Origin: Desulfobacterales bacterium
GTDB lineage: Bacteria > Desulfobacterota > Desulfobacteria > Desulfobacterales > JAHDSC01
DNA length: 64,000 bases
Reading direction: 5' to 3'
Assembly (NCBI GenBank): GCA_016931455.1
Contig: JAFGES010000129.1
Location: forward strand, 72,363 to 136,362
Below, in pieces: positions 47,484-56,147 of the stretch. The notes beneath the pieces were generated by a model. The model worked only from the letters and a program-made list of their open reading frames with translations, made no database searches and was not told where the DNA came from. Numbering within the stretch: position 1 is the first letter of the stretch; each line of letters begins with the position of its first letter. The translations under genes and the position numbers were made by a program.

Positions 47484-48383
47484 TTATTGCAGAGAAAAAT
47501 TCGGCTTTGCAAACGTACCGTCGATTTTGAATCTAAAACCCTCTTCACCAGGCCTTTTGGACAAAAATATATTGGCCGGTATACTTTTTATCAGCGTTGT
47601 AAGAAATAAATGATGCGGTTTAATTGTTCCCCTGAGATTTAGTCTGCTTTGATCAAGCGAATGACTTAAGGTAATTGACCCCAAAATTTTACCATCGATT
47701 TGTTTTCCTTTGATGATACATTCTTTGATTTGAATTTGTTGATCTTCAATTGACAGATCGGTTTCAATTTGTTTAAAATTAAAATTTCCCAAACTTAAGA
47801 GAGGATGTAAAATTTCAATCGTACAGTTGGATATATTCAATTGAGCGTTTATCATTTCAGCGCCGGTTTTTTTGAAGTCATAGGTCACCTTGCCGCCCAT
47901 TTTCCCGGTTATTTTATGTTCGATTAGATTTTGTACACCAGGTATATTTTCTATCGCTATATCCGCTAAATCCACTTCAATCGTCACCTGAGACGTTGGC
48001 TTATCCGCGGTTATATCCGCCCTGCCTTTTACAATTCCCTGATGCAAGTCGCCTTTAAATAGCCATGTCGTTTTGGAACTGAGAAGTGAGGAGATGCTGG
48101 GAATAATTTTTAATTGATTGGTTTCAAATAATGCGGAGTTTAGATGATAAAAACCAACGGCATTGAGTTGTATGCCCGGAGGGAAAACAGCTGTTACCTT
48201 ATCTATGTTAATCTGAAAATCTGAAGAAGCCTTGTTCAATTGAAAGGTCAAAAAATCTTTTATGTCATCGGAGGGGAATAGATAATAGATAAAAAAAACA
48301 GTTGTGGCGATGATATATAGAGTGTAGAGAAGTCCTTTTCGGAGATTTATCATAATCTTCGGGATCCGTATTGTCATAATCAA
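47484..48383 (-). CDS. gspN: Type II secretion protein GspN
   Basis: Single N-terminal TM and about 300 aa. Position directly after gspM matches the GspN family recalled from non-enterobacterial T2SS clusters. Confidence 0.6.
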   Translation of the reverse strand: MIMTIRIPKIMINLRKGLLYTLYIIATTVFFIYYLFPSDDIKDFLTFQLNKASSDFQINIDKVTAVFPPGIQLNAVGFYHLNSALFETNQLKIIPSISSLLSSKTTWLFKGDLHQGIVKGRADITADKPTSQVTIEVDLADIAIENIPGVQNLIEHKITGKMGGKVTYDFKKTGAEMINAQLNISNCTIEILHPLLSLGNFNFKQIETDLSIEDQQIQIKECIIKGKQIDGKILGSITLSHSLDQSRLNLRGTIKPHHLFLTTLIKSIPANIFLSKRPGEEGFRFKIDGTFAKPNFSLQ

Positions 48384-48384
48384 T

Positions 48385-48906
48385 TCATATTTCCAGTGTT
48401 TCTATCTGCAAAACAGCGTCGATAAACCCTTCTTGTTTACTTGTTTTTGAGATTGAGATCCTTTTTATTATCGCCATATTCTCCGATGTTTCAATCCCAT
48501 GCAGATAAGCCGTCAGTTGCACCAAGCCAATATCCTGAAGCTTCATTTCGACTGAAGAAACTTGGTATGGACTATTTTTTTGGGGCGTTTTGGAGGGCTT
48601 CATATAGCTGATGTGTTCCTTTATTCCTGTTTTACCGGCAAGTTCGTCGAGAAAAGAAAAAAGTGTGAAATCTTTTTTTCTTTTCTCAAAGCCGATCCGT
48701 GCTGAATCCGCCCTGTTTTTAATAGTCTGATACTCTGACTGGAGACGTAGCATTTCCTCAATGATTTTTGTTTTCACCTGAAGGCTGCGCTTCAGATGAT
48801 TTTTTTTATCTATCATAGGAGAAATGATAAATTGAATTAAAACAAAAAGGCATGTAAAACCGATTGCCAAATAAATTGAGTATCTTTCGCGTTTATTCAG
48901 TATCAT
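48385..48906 (-). CDS. gspM: Type II secretion protein GspM
   Basis: 173 aa with one TM near the N-terminus, translationally coupled to gspL (4-nt overlap). Confidence 0.65.
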   Translation of the reverse strand: MILNKRERYSIYLAIGFTCLFVLIQFIISPMIDKKNHLKRSLQVKTKIIEEMLRLQSEYQTIKNRADSARIGFEKRKKDFTLFSFLDELAGKTGIKEHISYMKPSKTPQKNSPYQVSSVEMKLQDIGLVQLTAYLHGIETSENMAIIKRISISKTSKQEGFIDAVLQIETLEI

Positions 48907-50345
48907 AATTGCACTTTCAATTGAAAGCGGACACGGTTTTCAGTTCTGTCGATGTTAGCGGAGCTGATTGTAACGGTTTCAAAAATATTTTCTTTTTCCA
49001 GACGATTTTTGATATCATCGACCGAATTAAAAGTATCCGTATCTCCGGAGATCATGATACTTTCCGGGGCGATTACCAGTCTTGTCAGTTCAACATCAAT
49101 CTCATACGGTATAAGCTTGCTGATGTTGTTAAGTATATCAATGACAGGGATGTTTTTTTTCGATTCTCCAGGGAGAACGGAATATTTATCGGCCTCTTGC
49201 ACTTTTACCCGCATCTGCTGCAGTGGATCAACAATTTTTGTAACTTCAGGAAAAGCGGTTTTAAAAATATGGCTTATCCGGCTGTTCAGCCGAGCAACCT
49301 GTTTTTCTATAAAATACGAATCGAGTTTGATATTCAAAAAGGCTAAGGCCAGAATCGATCCGGCAAGGATTCCTGTTTTGATCAAGATATTTTTTTGTTC
49401 CGCCCAATGTTTTTTTGCAGCAAAAGAACCTCGTCGGAAATTAAAACAGTTCATCTTCTCAACTTCCGACAGGGCGAGGGCAAGTGCGTTATCCATTTGC
49501 TCAGGTTTCCAGGACGGCTCCGGATCATTCATGAATCTAATCCGAGTGTCATGCATAAGGTCTATTCGTTTAATAGGAATTTTCAGCCGTTGAGCCAGAT
49601 CCCCCTCGAAATTATAATGCTCCAGACCGTATCCGGTAAGAAACACGCCATCGGGTTTAAAATCTAAATGGAATATTTCCTCAAAAGCGATTAAGGTCCG
49701 ATCCATATTTGACCAAAGTGATTCCGTTCTATCTACAGCATCTAAATTGAAGGGCAAGCAGCGAATTAGGCATAGCTGTCCACCCTCAAGAATAAATAGA
49801 GTGCTTCTTTTGTTATCCGTGTCGATAATGACGGATTTTTGAGGCGGATTTGAGAGCTTTGCCAGACAATTTGCCGTAAGGTAACCGCTGATCGTTACAA
49901 TTTCAGGATCAATATTAAATGATTTCAGAATTTCAAGATATGATCCCAGATCAGATTTTTCTATAGCCGCAGCAATAATATCTGTTTGCTCAGCTGATTG
50001 AACGATTTGAAAATCTATGATCAACTCATCGATGGATAAAGGCAATGTCGGTTCAAGTTCAAAAGGCAATACTTGTCTGATTTTATTTGGTTCTTTGAAT
50101 GGAAGCGAAATATTTCTGTATGCGACTCGATTTGAAGGCAAGGATGCAATGCAGACAGAACCGGTTATCTCCTTCTTTTCTTGAATCAGTTTTAGTGCCT
50201 GTGAAATTCCACTGCCGATTTCTTTTGAATCAGCGATCGAAATATACGTATGGGCTTCTATCGAGTTGCCTTTGATACCACACTTCAGCAAAACCGCTGC
50301 AACCGCATTATCTCGAATGTCAAGCCCAAGGATCAATTTACTCAT
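48903..50345 (-). CDS. gspL: Type II secretion protein GspL (actin-like/PilM-like cytoplasmic domain, TM, periplasmic domain)
   Basis: 480 aa. The N-terminus ILGLDIRDNAVAAVLL is typical of the PilM/GspL ATPase-like fold. A central TM (ILAGSILALAFL) is present, and the gene lies between gspK and gspM. Confidence 0.7.
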   Translation of the reverse strand: MSKLILGLDIRDNAVAAVLLKCGIKGNSIEAHTYISIADSKEIGSGISQALKLIQEKKEITGSVCIASLPSNRVAYRNISLPFKEPNKIRQVLPFELEPTLPLSIDELIIDFQIVQSAEQTDIIAAAIEKSDLGSYLEILKSFNIDPEIVTISGYLTANCLAKLSNPPQKSVIIDTDNKRSTLFILEGGQLCLIRCLPFNLDAVDRTESLWSNMDRTLIAFEEIFHLDFKPDGVFLTGYGLEHYNFEGDLAQRLKIPIKRIDLMHDTRIRFMNDPEPSWKPEQMDNALALALSEVEKMNCFNFRRGSFAAKKHWAEQKNILIKTGILAGSILALAFLNIKLDSYFIEKQVARLNSRISHIFKTAFPEVTKIVDPLQQMRVKVQEADKYSVLPGESKKNIPVIDILNNISKLIPYEIDVELTRLVIAPESIMISGDTDTFNSVDDIKNRLEKENIFETVTISSANIDRTENRVRFQLKVQL

Positions 50346-50384
50346 TTTGTTACCAAAAAATATTTTTAGTTCCGGAATTACATT

Positions 50385-51458
50385 TTATTCAGATTGCCAG
50401 CGTAAGACCTTGCAGTTCCATTTGCCGGTTAGATTGTCTTTTTCTCGTTTTACAAAAGCGATGATGACCATTTTTATTTTATTTAAAGATGCTTCAGATT
50501 CGATTCGAAAGTAATCACTGGATGTCGTTATGATTTCAGGGTCGATTTCGAGGTCGCTGCATCCGGGTACATTCTTATACCATGTAATATTTGAAAGGTC
50601 ATGAATATATTTTAAATCTTCAGTTTCCTGTCGGTATTCGTAAATTGCCTGAGCAAGATCCGCATTTTCAGAGGGTAAAATTGCGGTCAAAACCGGAAGC
50701 TCCGCGGTATTGATATTTATTTTACCTTCATAAGCAAAGCTTGTGTCGCCGATTTCCTGCATTCCATAAATCGTCATATAATTAGAGAAACCATATATAT
50801 TTTCATCACCATAGAACAGCTTCTGCGGAATGCCTTTTACCATGGCCAGTTCACTCAGGTGCGGCAGTGGAGCGTTTCTGCAGGAATATGGTGGATCAAG
50901 CCCTTGATAATAATCGGATTCCGCTCCGGTTAAGCCTGTGATGGCATCATCGTCTCCTGAATCTATCCAGTCTTTCAGACAATTAATGATTGAAGTGGGT
51001 TCGAAATCTTCCGGTAAATCGGTAAGGGGCATTAAACCCCGTAAAAAACGGTCCCATAGTATTCTTTGTGCTTCATTGAATTGATGGCTTTCAGGAAATT
51101 TGACCAGAGCATTGACCTGAATTTTGCCGAGTTCATCTATAATTTTCAGGTTAATGTTTCCATCTTCAAAGGAAAGGCTCTGAAGTAAAGTCATTATTTT
51201 TTCCGAATCCGCCCAATCTTCCTGTAAGGAATCGGAAATGGAGTCAACCTTATCTTTGACCAGCATGGCCATGGCTGCATGGATACCGGAGGAGGCCATC
51301 TGTGAAAGTGTGATTCGATCACGGCTTACGGCCGAAGATACCACGGCAGAGCGTACCTTGCGGTTCAATTCTAATGCTACCGTTACCAGAAGCGTTATAA
51401 TGGTTATGGTAATAAGAAGCGCCATACCCCGATTGTTTTGTAAAATCTTTAACGGCAT
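50385..51458 (-). CDS. gspK: Type II secretion minor pseudopilin GspK
   Basis: Prepilin-like N-terminus NNRGMALLITITIITLL and the size of 357 aa typical of GspK. It follows gspJ. Confidence 0.75.
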   Translation of the reverse strand: MPLKILQNNRGMALLITITIITLLVTVALELNRKVRSAVVSSAVSRDRITLSQMASSGIHAAMAMLVKDKVDSISDSLQEDWADSEKIMTLLQSLSFEDGNINLKIIDELGKIQVNALVKFPESHQFNEAQRILWDRFLRGLMPLTDLPEDFEPTSIINCLKDWIDSGDDDAITGLTGAESDYYQGLDPPYSCRNAPLPHLSELAMVKGIPQKLFYGDENIYGFSNYMTIYGMQEIGDTSFAYEGKININTAELPVLTAILPSENADLAQAIYEYRQETEDLKYIHDLSNITWYKNVPGCSDLEIDPEIITTSSDYFRIESEASLNKIKMVIIAFVKREKDNLTGKWNCKVLRWQSE

Positions 51459-51468
51459 TATACAAAAA

Positions 51469-52155
51469 TTATCCGATTTTTTTTCTATATGCCGGAAGAG
51501 CCACGATCATCTTAAAGAACATTGAATCTGAATCCTCTCCAATCTCAAGTTCAATGGCGATTGCCTTCGGAGTCGCATACTTAAAATCACTGGATTCGGA
51601 GTCCCAGTTGTCATATTCGATTCCCTCTTGGTCATAATATTTAAATGTTAAAGACTTAATATTCCTACACAGTAGAGGATCACTACGTTTTTCTTCAAAG
51701 AGTTCATAGGGATACATTTTATCTGAACGTCTGAGTACCAAACGGTCATCATCTTCCGTTTGAACATAATAAACGATTTCAGCGATGCCGGTTTGTGGAC
51801 TTTTCCCAAAAGGAATGTGGGCAAATGAAGTAAATCTGAGCCTTGAAAAAGAGGTATTACCCGCATCATATGTATCTCCAATAATTCGATAAGGATACGG
51901 TGGATCGTTAAAACCCGGTGGCCTGTATTGCGGTTTCAGAGGGACATAGATGGATTGTAAATCAAAAATCATCCGACTGAGGCAATTTTTTGCCGTTTCA
52001 TAAGTTCTTATCGTTTCAGTAATTGCTTCGTTTTTATTAAATATAGAATGATATGATCCGAAGATCGTTGTTATAACTACGGCAAAAATAAAAATTGCGA
52101 TCAGGATTTCAAGTAATGTAAAACCTGCAATTAATTTTTTGTTTTCGGTTTCCAA
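51469..52155 (-). CDS. gspJ: Type II secretion minor pseudopilin GspJ
   Basis: Prepilin N-terminus AGFTLLEILIAIFIFAVV. TTG start as in the track. Confidence 0.75.
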   Translation of the reverse strand: METENKKLIAGFTLLEILIAIFIFAVVITTIFGSYHSIFNKNEAITETIRTYETAKNCLSRMIFDLQSIYVPLKPQYRPPGFNDPPYPYRIIGDTYDAGNTSFSRLRFTSFAHIPFGKSPQTGIAEIVYYVQTEDDDRLVLRRSDKMYPYELFEEKRSDPLLCRNIKSLTFKYYDQEGIEYDNWDSESSDFKYATPKAIAIELEIGEDSDSMFFKMIVALPAYRKKIG

Positions 52156-52249
52156 TCTATATACTCATACCTTTCATACCTTATTGGGTCTTATCCGGTC
52201 CTAAACTTTGTTTAAAGTTAAACCTGTTCCTATTGGGTCTTTATCCGGT

Positions 52250-52684
52250 TTATTCCTGTACAAATCGGTAAGTTCGAAGTCGATAAATAAATTCGTCAGT
52301 GTTATAAGATATCGTGATGTCAATTTTTTTTAAATCGTTTGTAGTATTTCCAGGAAGTTCCGATTCCACGTCATTGATTGAAATATTGTAATTATATTGT
52401 GGAAATTTATCCCCGAAATCTCCTGAACCATCCGATAATTCGTCATCTGATTTTGATTCAATTTCGCTGATTTTACTTTGGGCCAAAAACGGAGCCGTTG
52501 TATAGAATCTTGCCGTATTTGCCATAACAATGGTTTGAGTATGCATTTTATAGACGCTTACAAGAGCAATCGCCATAATGGAAATCGCCGCCATAACCTC
52601 AAGCAACGTAAAACCTGCAGGTGTTGCAAGTAACCGATAAGAAGGATATTTTTTAAATATCTTTTTTTTGATGACCTGTGTCAT
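52250..52684 (-). CDS. gspI: Type II secretion minor pseudopilin GspI
   Basis: Prepilin N-terminus AGFTLLEVMAAISIMAI and a small size of 144 aa. Confidence 0.7.
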   Translation of the reverse strand: MTQVIKKKIFKKYPSYRLLATPAGFTLLEVMAAISIMAIALVSVYKMHTQTIVMANTARFYTTAPFLAQSKISEIESKSDDELSDGSGDFGDKFPQYNYNISINDVESELPGNTTNDLKKIDITISYNTDEFIYRLRTYRFVQE

Positions 52685-52736
52685 TAACTTTTTTAGTTTA
52701 TTTAGCTAATGGATTCCAGCTGTCGGCAAAATGAAT

Positions 52737-53255
52737 TTAATCTTCTAATTCTACGTATTTCTCTTCAATATTAACTTCATAAAGAAACGGCTCAATCAGA
52801 AATGATATCTGTTTTTGATCATTTTCCAGGTGGATTATTGCTTTGTCGCAGTAACCTTTCTTGTAAAAATAAATATCAGCCGTTCCCATTGAAATTTTTA
52901 TATGGTCGGGATACTCCACATCCAGAACTTTTATTTCTTCCGGAAGACGATATGCTTTTTGTTCCGCTTTTTGTTGTTCTTCTTCCGACATGGATTCATA
53001 TGAAACCCAAAACATGCTTTTATCAATATTTATATGTAAGATATAAGTTTTCTGTTCACCTACGGCACGATCTTTTAAATCATGTACTTTGCCGATAATC
53101 CAGCGTGAAGCTTTTTTGTAGTCGTCGGAAAAAATCGTAATTTCAAATCGGGGAATAGAGAAAAAAAGCATAATGCTGATAAGGAAAATTACAACAATCA
53201 GCTCAATGAGGGTAAAACCTTTGTTTTCCTTAAAATGCAGTATATCTATCGGCAA
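52737..53255 (-). CDS. gspH: Type II secretion minor pseudopilin GspH
   Basis: Prepilin N-terminus KGFTLIELIVVIFLISI. It lies directly after gspG. Confidence 0.7.
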   Translation of the reverse strand: MPIDILHFKENKGFTLIELIVVIFLISIMLFFSIPRFEITIFSDDYKKASRWIIGKVHDLKDRAVGEQKTYILHINIDKSMFWVSYESMSEEEQQKAEQKAYRLPEEIKVLDVEYPDHIKISMGTADIYFYKKGYCDKAIIHLENDQKQISFLIEPFLYEVNIEEKYVELED

Positions 53256-53711
53256 CTATTCAATTTCCCAATTGTTGATATCCTTGTTCTTTTCGTCGCC
53301 GCCCGGTTCACCGTCTGCTCCATATGAAATGATGTCATATTCACCCTGAACACCGGGGCTTAGATAAATATAATCATTTCCCCAGGGATCCTTAGGAAGC
53401 TTTCCTTTTTCAAGGTAACCGCCTTTGCGCCATTTTTGGGGTACCGTACCGTTTTCAGGCATTTCAACCAGTGCTTGCAACCCCTGCTCGGTAGACGGAT
53501 ACATGCCGTTATCGAGCTGATATAATTTCAAGGCCGTTTCCAGACTTTCTATCTGCATTTTTGCCTTAAGTTGTTTGGCTTCTTCCGGTCGCCCCATGAT
53601 TCTGGGGACAATAAGCCCGGCCAAAATTCCTAAAATTACAATAACAACCATCAACTCAATGAGTGTAAATCCCAGATTGTTTGTTTTTACGAGTGCCCCT
53701 ATTTTTTTCAT
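53256..53711 (-). CDS. gspG: Type II secretion major pseudopilin GspG
   Basis: [24 protein letters not shown] and the GspG body (QLDNG.YP..EQGL.AL......P..W..GGYL.....PKDPWGN.Y.Y.SPG..G.YD..S.GADG..GG) are present. I prefer the start MKKIG at 53711 over the track start 53771. Confidence 0.9.
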   Translation of the reverse strand: MKKIGALVKTNNLGFTLIELMVVIVILGILAGLIVPRIMGRPEEAKQLKAKMQIESLETALKLYQLDNGMYPSTEQGLQALVEMPENGTVPQKWRKGGYLEKGKLPKDPWGNDYIYLSPGVQGEYDIISYGADGEPGGDEKNKDINNWEIE

Positions 53712-53779
53712 AATTACTCCATTTATTTTTATTTTATCGACGATTATAAAAATTATGAATATCATATTCAATTTATGAA

Positions 53780-53795
53780 AGCAAATATCGTGCTA
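53780..53795 (-). promoter_or_regulatory. Candidate sigma-54 (-24/-12) promoter upstream of gspG
   Basis: The minus strand reads TAGCACGATATTTGCT against the consensus TGGCACG-N4-TTGCW. The single mismatch is in the conserved GG. It lies about 70-85 nt upstream of the gspG start. Confidence 0.3.
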
Positions 53796-53987
53796 TAAAA
53801 ATGATAACCCGCAATTTCGTCATCTTTTCTTCTTTTGCTTTCCCATTCGATTTAAACTTCCGGTATAGGTCAATCTTTAATAAATGGTATTGTTTTTAAC
53901 AAAAATTTTGAAGAAAAAGAACCGAGGAAGAATGAAGTATGATTGCTAAAAATTAATTTTGGGGAAGAAAAAGGTGTTTAAGAAAAA

Positions 53988-54194
53988 TTAAATCATTTCT
54001 TTTTGCCTTTGTTTCGCATAAAGATCCGGTTTGAACACTGCCAATAAAAGCGAGTTACAGCCTTTAATATCTTTCGATTGGATCTTAGCTTTTTCATTTC
54101 TATAAAAGCATCTTGAACAATCCCAGGTGGGAAGATCCTGTTTTGCTGCATCCTCAAGGCATCGGTCATAATATGGACAAAAGACATTTTTCAT
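53988..54194 (-). CDS. Hypothetical small Cys-rich protein (68 aa)
   Basis: ORF between the T2SS cluster and the riboswitch, with Cys pattern C....C...(14)...C..C. No family recognised, and two overlapping frames are open here. Confidence 0.35.
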   Translation of the reverse strand: MKNVFCPYYDRCLEDAAKQDLPTWDCSRCFYRNEKAKIQSKDIKGCNSLLLAVFKPDLYAKQRQKEMI

Positions 54195-54450
54195 GGCAGG
54201 CAGGAATCTAAAAGTATGAGGTTTTTATTCTAATCATCAAAATGATTGACCACATTTCTTTAGCTTTCCATACTCTTATCGGTTGGGTTGGTGTTATACT
54301 TAATTGAATTTTGATTTTTTGATGCTGAATGTAGAATATTTTATTTTTGCAAGCAATAACTCGATTATAGAGCCTTCAGCGATGATATTATTAGTATAGG
54401 CGAAGTCTGCCTTGCGGGATTCGGCAGAAAAAAATTTTCCTAAAAAGATA

Positions 54451-54480
54451 TTGACAAACCGCATAAATTTCTCGTAATGC
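54451..54480 (+). promoter_or_regulatory. Candidate sigma-70 promoter for the riboswitch-hydrolase transcript
   Basis: TTGACA (54451-54456), a 16-18 nt spacer, then a CGTAAT/TAATGC -10-like element (54473-54480). It lies about 20-30 nt upstream of the aptamer. Confidence 0.45.
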
Positions 54481-54499
54481 TGCAGTAATTTCTTTTTAG

Positions 54500-54578
54500 G
54501 ATAAATGACAAGGCCAAACCTTCCGTAAGGATGGGACGGAAAGCCACGGGTCTTAATAGATAGCCGGGTTGCCTCTTT
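54500..54578 (+). promoter_or_regulatory. GEMM-I (c-di-GMP-I class) riboswitch aptamer
   Basis: AGGCCAAACC-UUCC-GUAA-GGAU-GGGACGGAAAGCC (54511-54545) and UAGCCGGGUUGCC (54561-54573) match the two hallmark GEMM-I blocks (Vc2: GGGCAAACC-AUUC-GAAA-GAGU-GGGACGCAAAGCC ... UAGCGGGGUUACC). A GNRA tetraloop sits at the same position. Confidence 0.8.
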
Positions 54579-54600
54579 GAGGTAACTCGGTTTTTTGTTT
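54563..54600 (+). terminator. Intrinsic terminator forming the riboswitch expression platform
   Basis: CCGGGUUGCCU (54564-54574) pairs with AGGUAACUCGG (54580-54590) through 9 Watson-Crick and 2 G-U pairs, followed by UUUUUUGUUUU. The 5' arm overlaps the conserved 3' aptamer block. Confidence 0.7.
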
Positions 54601-54638
54601 TATATACAAAATTTTTCACAACATGAGGAGGAGATGTT

Positions 54639-56123
54639 ATGAGGGAAAGGGTTTGGGGTTGGATTCCGCTTGTGGCCGGCCTGGCTTTAATGCTTGGTGT
54701 CTGTGCGCAAACCGCTGAGGCTCTGGTGCTGAAGGTGAGCGAAAGTGACAGTTATGTTGAGTACCTGGGTGTTACCGATGTTCTCACCCTACGAAATGCG
54801 CCGTTTCGAATTGTTGTGCCCAATAATTGGAACCGCACTCTGCTTGTATATGCTCGGGGAACCGGATCTACAATTATGCTCAATGGGGATGGATCCCCGA
54901 TTGTGGTTCCAATCGATCCACCCTTTGGGTTTGAAATTTCTTGGTTGCCCAAATTAGGGGTTACACCATTGACAAACGTTCCCAGTTACCCGACAGGGGA
55001 TAATAAAGATACAGTGGAGCTTGAGGTTGAGCTGCTGAGTCGGGGTTACGCTCTGGCAGCATCAGACTATAAACCCGATCCCCGTCTTTTAAATCCTGAT
55101 GGAAGCCTTCTAAGCTGGGTCGTGGAAGACGGCATCCATGATACGCTGGCTGTGACATTGCAGGCTAAAGGCATTCTGATGCTAAAACATGGTGCTCTTC
55201 CGAATCGTACGATTCTTTGGGGGCGTTCTCAAGGCAGTATAATCGCTTTGAAAATCATCGAGGACAGTCCTTGGTTGTATGATGGAGTTATCACAGGCTC
55301 TACGGTAGGCGCCGGGACGCCGAGGACGTGGGATACTGCCATTGGATTTGCCCTGGCCTTTGATGTAACCTTTGGATGGGACGAAAAAAATTGGGGTAGT
55401 GTGGGCGGCGGAAATTTACCTGAAAATTTAAGTTTCGAGAGAGATGTTGCCCCAACTTTAAATGATCTATTATCAAACCCAAAAAAGAAAAGCAATTGGC
55501 CCCTTTTCGAGTTTATCCGACTCGTAAATGGACTGCCGAAGGAGGGTTTCTATCCTTTTTCTGAACCGAGCTTCGGAAGTTTCAATTGGCTGTATGCAGA
55601 TATGATGTTTCTGACTGAGGTACGTGCAGATATAGAAAGAGAAGCCAAAGCCGATGGACGCGTGGGGCAGAATATTGACCACGTCTATAGCTTGACTCTT
55701 GAGGATAAATATTATTTGAATAATCTGTTTGATATGTTTAAATTAAAAATTAAAGCTGAGGACTTGTTGGAAGAGATGAATCTCCAGACTAATATTGAAG
55801 CCGATAAGAAAGCGCGTCAGTATGCGATAGACTTTGCGGATTTTTCCGGGAATATCCAGCGCCCGGTGATCAGTATGCATACGAAAATAGACGGATTGGT
55901 GCTGCCTGCCCATGAAAGTGCCTTATATGAAACAGTAGCAGACACCGGCAGATCCGATTTATTTGTGCAAGTTTTTACGGATGGTATCGGTCACTGTGTC
56001 TTCACACAGGATCAATGGCTTGAAACCATAAAGGCAATGGAATCTTGGCTCGATACGGGGGTAAAACCGGTTTTTCCAAATGATTTCACGCCTCCAGCCT
56101 GGCCTCAACCCCCTCAACCCTAA
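54639..56123 (+). CDS. Secreted alpha/beta-hydrolase-fold protein (494 aa), substrate unknown
   Basis: Strong RBS GAGGAGGAG and signal peptide (IPLVAGLALMLGVCAQTAEA) are present. There is a nucleophile-elbow G-R-S-Q-G (WGRSQGSI) and a candidate catalytic His near the C-terminus (DGIGHC). Confidence 0.65.
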   Translation: MRERVWGWIPLVAGLALMLGVCAQTAEALVLKVSESDSYVEYLGVTDVLTLRNAPFRIVVPNNWNRTLLVYARGTGSTIMLNGDGSPIVVPIDPPFGFEISWLPKLGVTPLTNVPSYPTGDNKDTVELEVELLSRGYALAASDYKPDPRLLNPDGSLLSWVVEDGIHDTLAVTLQAKGILMLKHGALPNRTILWGRSQGSIIALKIIEDSPWLYDGVITGSTVGAGTPRTWDTAIGFALAFDVTFGWDEKNWGSVGGGNLPENLSFERDVAPTLNDLLSNPKKKSNWPLFEFIRLVNGLPKEGFYPFSEPSFGSFNWLYADMMFLTEVRADIEREAKADGRVGQNIDHVYSLTLEDKYYLNNLFDMFKLKIKAEDLLEEMNLQTNIEADKKARQYAIDFADFSGNIQRPVISMHTKIDGLVLPAHESALYETVADTGRSDLFVQVFTDGIGHCVFTQDQWLETIKAMESWLDTGVKPVFPNDFTPPAWPQPPQP

Positions 56124-56147
56124 AAGAACTACATAATATTTATGCAC

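Noticed and set aside
48909-49667. Plus-strand ORFs of 145, 213 and 90 aa antisense to gspL
   Set aside because: They overlap a well-supported operonic gene in a translationally coupled cluster. Their sequences are low-complexity (Ser/Phe/Ile-rich) with no family resemblance.
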